From Candidatus Micrarchaeota archaeon (lineage in GTDB: Archaea; Micrarchaeota; Micrarchaeia; Norongarragalinales; Norongarragalinaceae): 64,000 nt of DNA. Position 1 is the first letter of the stretch; each line of letters starts with the position of its first letter. The stretch covers positions 245,852 through 309,851 of the forward strand of contig JACPGT010000002.1 in assembly GCA_016188965.1 (NCBI GenBank), written 5' to 3'. Below are positions 59,787 through 64,000 of this stretch, piece by piece. Made by a program: the position numbers and the translations under genes. The notes beneath the pieces were generated by a model. It was given only the letters and a program-made list of their open reading frames with translations. It was not told the origin of the DNA and searched no databases.

Positions 59787-60200
59787 GTGGATTTGAGTCT
59801 GATGACGGAATTCGAGCAAATCGCATCCGAATTTCGCAAGTACCAGGCCGATTTCAAGGATCCCGTCGTTTTGGGCGCTTTGATGGCTTCGCTCAAGGAA
59901 GAGCGCTCCGCGACGAATCTGATCCTCAAGGAGTTAAGCGCCAAGTTGGACCGAATTGAGTCCCGTCTGGCGACGCTGGAAGGCGCCAAGACCGAATCCC
60001 GGCCTGCCATGGTGGCGGAAGTCGACAGTGACATCATCGACTTCGTCCGCCTGCAAGGAAAGGCCTGTTCGGAAGACGTCCAAGGCAAGTTCCAGTACAA
60101 AGGCAAGAACGCGGCATCCGCACGGCTGAACAACCTGTTCCGGTTGGGCCTGCTGGAGAAACATCAAGTCGGAAAGAAAGTCTATTTCACCACGAAATAG
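59787..60200 (+). CDS. Winged-helix DNA-binding protein with an N-terminal coiled coil
   Basis: C-terminal DIIDFVRLQGKACSEDVQGKFQYKGKNAASARLNNLFRLGLLEKHQVGKKVYF (wHTH pattern). Start at GTG 59787 or ATG 59802. Confidence 0.55.
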   Translation: MDLSLMTEFEQIASEFRKYQADFKDPVVLGALMASLKEERSATNLILKELSAKLDRIESRLATLEGAKTESRPAMVAEVDSDIIDFVRLQGKACSEDVQGKFQYKGKNAASARLNNLFRLGLLEKHQVGKKVYFTTK

Positions 60201-60446
60201 ACGGTTTAAGGCAAATCGGAGCGGTCCTGAAAAAGAGCCTCTCGGAAATCACGCTAATCGGTCAACTTGCTTTAGGCAGGAAGGCCGGTTTAATCCCCAC
60301 CTACAGAAAATTTGGGTTTCCGGGTACCGAAAATTTGGTTCTGATTCTCCTCCCCCCACCCAAAAACTAGGTACCCGGACCCTCTCCCCTTTTCTTTCAC
60401 TTCGCTTGCCTTCGGCTGGTGCTTTGAATTGACGAAACCAGTTGAC

Positions 60447-61328
60447 TCACTTCTTTTCAATCGGGTTTTGTATGAGCGGAATCTTGATGTATACTTCGTT
60501 CCGGTATGGATTCGAGTTGGCTTCCAGTTCGTTGAACTCCAACCGGCCCCATTTTTTCCCGTAGTGCTTTTGCCGGGTCATCTGTTTGATTAGAAATAGT
60601 CCGGCGCCCGTGCCGGTTTCGGTATCCTTCTTGCCCGTTTCACCCCACATGTCCGCTCTTGTGAAGAAATTTTCATTTTCCCTTTGTTGGAGCACGTTCA
60701 ACCATTGCTGGCGGCGGGCCAACTTTTTTCGGATGCTTTCCATCCGTCTTCGATGGGCCGGATTGGTTTCGGAGAGGCCCGCTAGCTCCGATTCGTGTTG
60801 TTTGATAGCCGCTTCATGCACTTTGAGCTTGGCTTTGATTACGTCCAGTTCCTCATCCATCCGTTCGACTTTCCGTACTTGCCTAAGGACGCGTTCGTGG
60901 ATGTCGCGCGGAAAACCATCGCCACAATCCCAGACTTTGATGGTGAGTACCTTGGGCTGGCTTGCGGCCGCCGTCACTGGGTGGCGGACTTGCAGGATGA
61001 CGCGTACGGGTCTGCCGTCATAATTGTGCGCGTGCACCATGGCATTCGTGACTGCTTCGATGATCGCCGCGGTTGAATCGTATTGAAAGCGCTTGTTTTC
61101 GATTCCCGTTTTTGCTTCAATGTATTCGCGGAATATTGACCTAAGTGCTTCTAGGGGCTCGTAGCCCTCTTTTCCGACGAATCGGGGATGGAATTCCGGT
61201 CGCGAATCAATGTCAAAGACATGGGTCCCCGCGGCGCTGAAGTGCCGTACGCCTTCAGGAATGGGCGTCGTAGGCTTCCAATTGCCATTGCCTTCCCTGG
61301 GCTGTCCTTCACGCTCAATCGGGCTCAT
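60447..61328 (-). CDS. HATPase_c (GHKL) ATP-binding protein, anti-sigma-kinase-like, with a coiled-coil insertion
   Basis: N-box AIIEAVTNAMVHA, G1 DCGDGFP, G2 GTGAGLFLI. About 75 aa of heptad-like sequence lie between G1 and G2. Confidence 0.55.
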   Translation of the reverse strand: MSPIEREGQPREGNGNWKPTTPIPEGVRHFSAAGTHVFDIDSRPEFHPRFVGKEGYEPLEALRSIFREYIEAKTGIENKRFQYDSTAAIIEAVTNAMVHAHNYDGRPVRVILQVRHPVTAAASQPKVLTIKVWDCGDGFPRDIHERVLRQVRKVERMDEELDVIKAKLKVHEAAIKQHESELAGLSETNPAHRRRMESIRKKLARRQQWLNVLQQRENENFFTRADMWGETGKKDTETGTGAGLFLIKQMTRQKHYGKKWGRLEFNELEANSNPYRNEVYIKIPLIQNPIEKK

Positions 61329-61344
61329 GGCGTCAGCGGTCCAT

Positions 61345-62478
61345 TTAGAGGAATTCGATGTCGTCGACGTGCGTCTTGCTGGACGAAGTCGTCGTGCCGC
61401 CCATGCGCCGCGCCTGTGCTTTCGGCACCATGTCGGCCGAGCCGTGCGTCTTCTTGCCCAGCACGTACGGCGACTGGATGCCAGTGAAGATGGCGATGAC
61501 TTCGATCTTGCCGTCCATGCCCGGGTCGATGCGCGCGCCCCAGATGACCGTGGCGTTGGGATCCACTTTTTCCGTCAACATCTCGCCGATGGTGTTGCAC
61601 TCTCCCAACGTCATGTCGGGCCCGCCCGTCACGTGCAGCAGCACGCCGGTGGCGCCGGTGAAGTCAACATCCAGAAGCGCATTGTTCAGCGTGTTCTCGA
61701 CCACATCCTGCACGCGGTTGGTGCCTTTCGCCTCGCCCACGGCGATCATGCTGACGCCACCGTTGGACATGACGGCGCGCACGTCGGCGAAGTCCAAGTT
61801 GATCAACGACGGCGTGGTGATCGTTTCGGTGATGCCGCGCACGGCGCGGGCGATGATTTCATCCGACACGTTGAACGCCTGGTCAATCGGCAGATTGGGC
61901 ACGATCTGCACCAAGCGGTTGTTGTCGATGACGATGAGCGTGTCGGACTGGTTCTTCAAGTTCTCTAAACCTTGGTCGGCCTTCGCCAGGCGCGCGCGCT
62001 CAAGCGCAAACGGATACGTGACGATGGAGATGACGATGGCTCCTTTGCCTTTGGCCACTTCGGCGATGATCGGCGCCGAACCGGTGCCCGTTCCGCCGCC
62101 CATGCCGGCGGTCAGAAAAACCATGTCGGCCTTGTCCATGGCCTTATCCAGAGCTTCGCGCGAGGCGTCGGCGCACTTGGCGCCCATTTCGGGGTATCCG
62201 CCGGCGCCCAGTCCGCGCGTCAAGGACGCGCCGATGAGCATCTTCTTGACCGACTCGGAAATCGTCATCAAGTGCATCTTGTCGGTGTTGATGGCGACTA
62301 AGTCGGCGCCTTTGATGCCGGCTTTGGCCAGGCGGTTGATCGAGTTACAACCCGCTCCGCCGGTGCCGACGACCATGATGCGCGGGGTTTCGAAGAAGTC
62401 GGAGCCGCCGGACGTCTTTTCAATCGTGCTTTTGCTGCTGCCGGACGTGCGCATTGCTTCGCGGACCATGTCTTCCAT
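61345..62478 (-). CDS. ftsZ: Cell division GTPase FtsZ
   Basis: VVGTGGAGCNSINRL and the tubulin signature GMGGGTGTGSAP. Confidence 0.9.
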   Translation of the reverse strand: MEDMVREAMRTSGSSKSTIEKTSGGSDFFETPRIMVVGTGGAGCNSINRLAKAGIKGADLVAINTDKMHLMTISESVKKMLIGASLTRGLGAGGYPEMGAKCADASREALDKAMDKADMVFLTAGMGGGTGTGSAPIIAEVAKGKGAIVISIVTYPFALERARLAKADQGLENLKNQSDTLIVIDNNRLVQIVPNLPIDQAFNVSDEIIARAVRGITETITTPSLINLDFADVRAVMSNGGVSMIAVGEAKGTNRVQDVVENTLNNALLDVDFTGATGVLLHVTGGPDMTLGECNTIGEMLTEKVDPNATVIWGARIDPGMDGKIEVIAIFTGIQSPYVLGKKTHGSADMVPKAQARRMGGTTTSSSKTHVDDIEFL

Positions 62479-62654
62479 GTGAACCCCTCTTTTTTGCCTC
62501 TAAAAAATCGTCAGATTTGGTTTGGCTACATCAGCGGGCAGCTTTTTAATAAAGGTTTCTTCCTCGGCCCGCCCTCTTTTTCTAAGTGGGTTTTCGTCCG
62601 GTGGCGTGAACCCGATTGGGTTTTAAGCCTTATTAGGCAAAAGGTAACTGCAAC

Positions 62655-62939
62655 GGGCTAGTCGGAGGGTTAAGGGTCCTCTGGCAGCGCCAACCCCTTT
62701 GAGGCGGACGAAAGCCGAACGGGCGGGTGATGCGTTTGCGTCCTGGCCCGGAGACAAGGCGTTGACGTCTTGCCTTGCGTTACGTATTGCGCCGCGAACC
62801 GAGCCAGGCCGGAAGGAGCAACTCTAAGCAGAACAACGCGTGCTCGCAAGATCCAAGGCCGAGCCGGACTTCGGATCACCAGGCCGTGAACCATCCTTCC
62901 ACCGCTGGCACGCCCGTTGCACCTTTCTCACTCCGGGGC
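62655..62939 (+). ncRNA. Signal recognition particle RNA (archaeal 7S-type); ends approximate
   Basis: Conserved helix-8 core CCAGGCCGGAAGGAGCAAC (GGAA tetraloop) on the plus strand. GC-rich, about 285 nt; TATA-like ttatta lies about 20 nt upstream and a T6 run immediately follows (62940-62945). Confidence 0.7.
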
Positions 62940-62969
62940 TTTTTTAACCGCGTCCTGCCTATCTTTTCC

Positions 62970-63773
62970 ATGCGCCGCATGTTCATCGGAGTCCTACTGG
63001 CCGCCACCATGATCGCCTTCTTCCTCGGCGTCGCGTCCAACCTTTCCATCCGATCGGCCCCGTCGGAACTGGCGCTGCCCACGCCCGCCCTTTCCGATTC
63101 GTCCCTAACGCCCATCGTGACGGTCCAACCCCCGCTGGAGACCCGGATCGAGGCCGTCACACGCAAAACCGTCATCCGCCTGCCGGCCGTGGACAAGGAA
63201 GGTCAAGGCGCATTGGCCGACTTGACGGTGGAAGCCGTCACCGGAAAGGGCCGCGTCTTCATCGGTTTTGACACCAGCCCTTTGGTCAATTCCGACACGC
63301 AAGGCAGCCTGCGCATCGCGTTGGACGTCGCCCGCCGCCTGTCCAACGCCAACACCTCCGGTTGGGACGTGTTCTACACCTTTTCGACGCAGTCCGACGT
63401 CGTCGGCGGCAAGTCCGCCGGCGCGGCCGCCGCCGTCGCCACGCTTTCCGTCCTGACCGGCTCCCGCTTGCGCTCCGACACGTTGTTGACCGGTACGGTC
63501 GAGCCTGACGGCTCCATCGGCCCGGTGGGAAAAATCCTGGAAAAAGCGAAAGCCGCCAAGGCCGCAGGTTACCGCAAGTTCCTCGTGCCGTCCGGCGAGT
63601 CAAGCCAGAACGTCGTGGTGGAGGAATGCCAGCAGAAAGGCGTTCCCGGCGGCATCGTCCGCGAGTGCTCGTCCCGCACCGAAAAGCTGGACGTCGCCTC
63701 ACAGGTGCCAGGCATGGACGTAATCGAAGTCCGCGACGTACTCGAGGCGTACCGGCTCATCAAGGCGGGTTGA
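62970..63773 (+). CDS. Membrane-anchored Lon-like S16 serine protease domain protein (no AAA+ module)
   Basis: Start at ATG 62970 (MRRMFIGVLLAATMIAFFLGV). GKSAGAAAAVA (catalytic Ser) and GPVGKILEKAKAAKAAG (catalytic Lys region). The upstream ORF-track extension overlaps the SRP RNA. Confidence 0.7.
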   Translation: MRRMFIGVLLAATMIAFFLGVASNLSIRSAPSELALPTPALSDSSLTPIVTVQPPLETRIEAVTRKTVIRLPAVDKEGQGALADLTVEAVTGKGRVFIGFDTSPLVNSDTQGSLRIALDVARRLSNANTSGWDVFYTFSTQSDVVGGKSAGAAAAVATLSVLTGSRLRSDTLLTGTVEPDGSIGPVGKILEKAKAAKAAGYRKFLVPSGESSQNVVVEECQQKGVPGGIVRECSSRTEKLDVASQVPGMDVIEVRDVLEAYRLIKAG

Positions 63774-63933
63774 TGGGCGCCGACCTGTGTCGCCCCTCCG
63801 TTTCGCGTATGGCTTCTTCGTTGCCTCGTGCTTCTTTGCTTTTTCCATTTTCCGCCTCTCGAAAGAAACTTAAATCCGGCGGGCCGCAATAATCGTCCGA
63901 ACGAATAGCGTTGGCCACATCGCTGTTCCATAT

Positions 63934-64000
63934 GCGGGGGTCGCCTAGTGGCCAGGGCGGCAGGTTGCTAACCTGTTTCCGGGAAACCGGTCCGTGGGTT
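63934..64000 (+). tRNA. tRNA-Ser(GCU), truncated by the window end
   Basis: GCGGGGG acceptor, 3-bp D-stem GCC/GGC, anticodon stem-loop GCAGG-TTGCTAA-CCTGT, long variable arm CCGGgaaaCCGG. The T-arm is cut off. Confidence 0.75.

Noticed and set aside
1-64000. CRISPR arrays, rRNA genes and IS elements with transposases.
   Set aside because: No regularly spaced short repeats with unique spacers, no rRNA-like sequence and no transposase-like ORF were seen. The only tandem repeats are the 75-bp coding repeats (10946-11245) and the tRNA-Ala-associated array.

Overview
High-GC (about 60%) chromosomal window that looks archaeal. Evidence: a tRNA-Leu with an intron at the canonical 37/38 position, AglB/STT3 with a WWDYGHW motif, NucS, a DRG GTPase, FtsZ, a roughly 285-nt SRP RNA, and TATA-like boxes 20-35 nt upstream of many starts. 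The lineage cannot be assigned from sequence alone. Layout: (1) 0.2-8.05 kb, housekeeping genes: cysteine desulfurase, membrane DsbA-like protein, class III ribonucleotide reductase nrdD-nrdG, MscS and an SDR epimerase. (2) 8.2-18.65 kb, a roughly 10.4-kb integrated virus-like element. A short tyrosine integrase and a tRNA-like fragment bound it on the left, and tRNA-Leu(CAA) bounds it on the right. It carries an A32/FtsK-type packaging ATPase, candidate jelly-roll capsid genes, a repeat-bearing spike-like protein, and many RHH and Zn-ribbon micro-genes linked by ATGA overlaps. (3) 18.9-28.7 kb, mixed genes: NucS, AlkD-like, a second radical-SAM activase, a TolB-like propeller, LUD, YbaK and DRG. 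(4) 28.9-57.5 kb, a roughly 29-kb glycosylation/surface-glycan island: AglH-like GT4, AglB, a MurG/Agl24-like GT28, a flippase, several GT4 enzymes, a complete Wbp-like set for a 2,3-diacetamido uronic acid, a dTDP-amino-sugar branch, a GATase, a deacetylase and a FemAB-like transferase. (5) 57.6-64 kb: a tRNA-Ala locus with tandem tRNA-fragment repeats, a PIN-like protein, wHTH, a HATPase_c protein, FtsZ, SRP RNA, a Lon-like S16 protease and a partial tRNA-Ser. The most unusual observations are these: the nrdD glycyl-radical motif is encoded about 400 nt downstream of, and out of frame with, the catalytic body, separated from it by reiterated Lys/Cys-rich micro-ORFs; the provirus; an 84-bp near-identical repeat pair 56 kb apart that belongs to a family of ATAGCAAW...WTTGCTAT long palindromes; and an ATGTAAA-N6-TTTACAT palindrome in two divergent promoters of the glycan island. 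All functional calls rest on motif recognition by eye. No database search was run.
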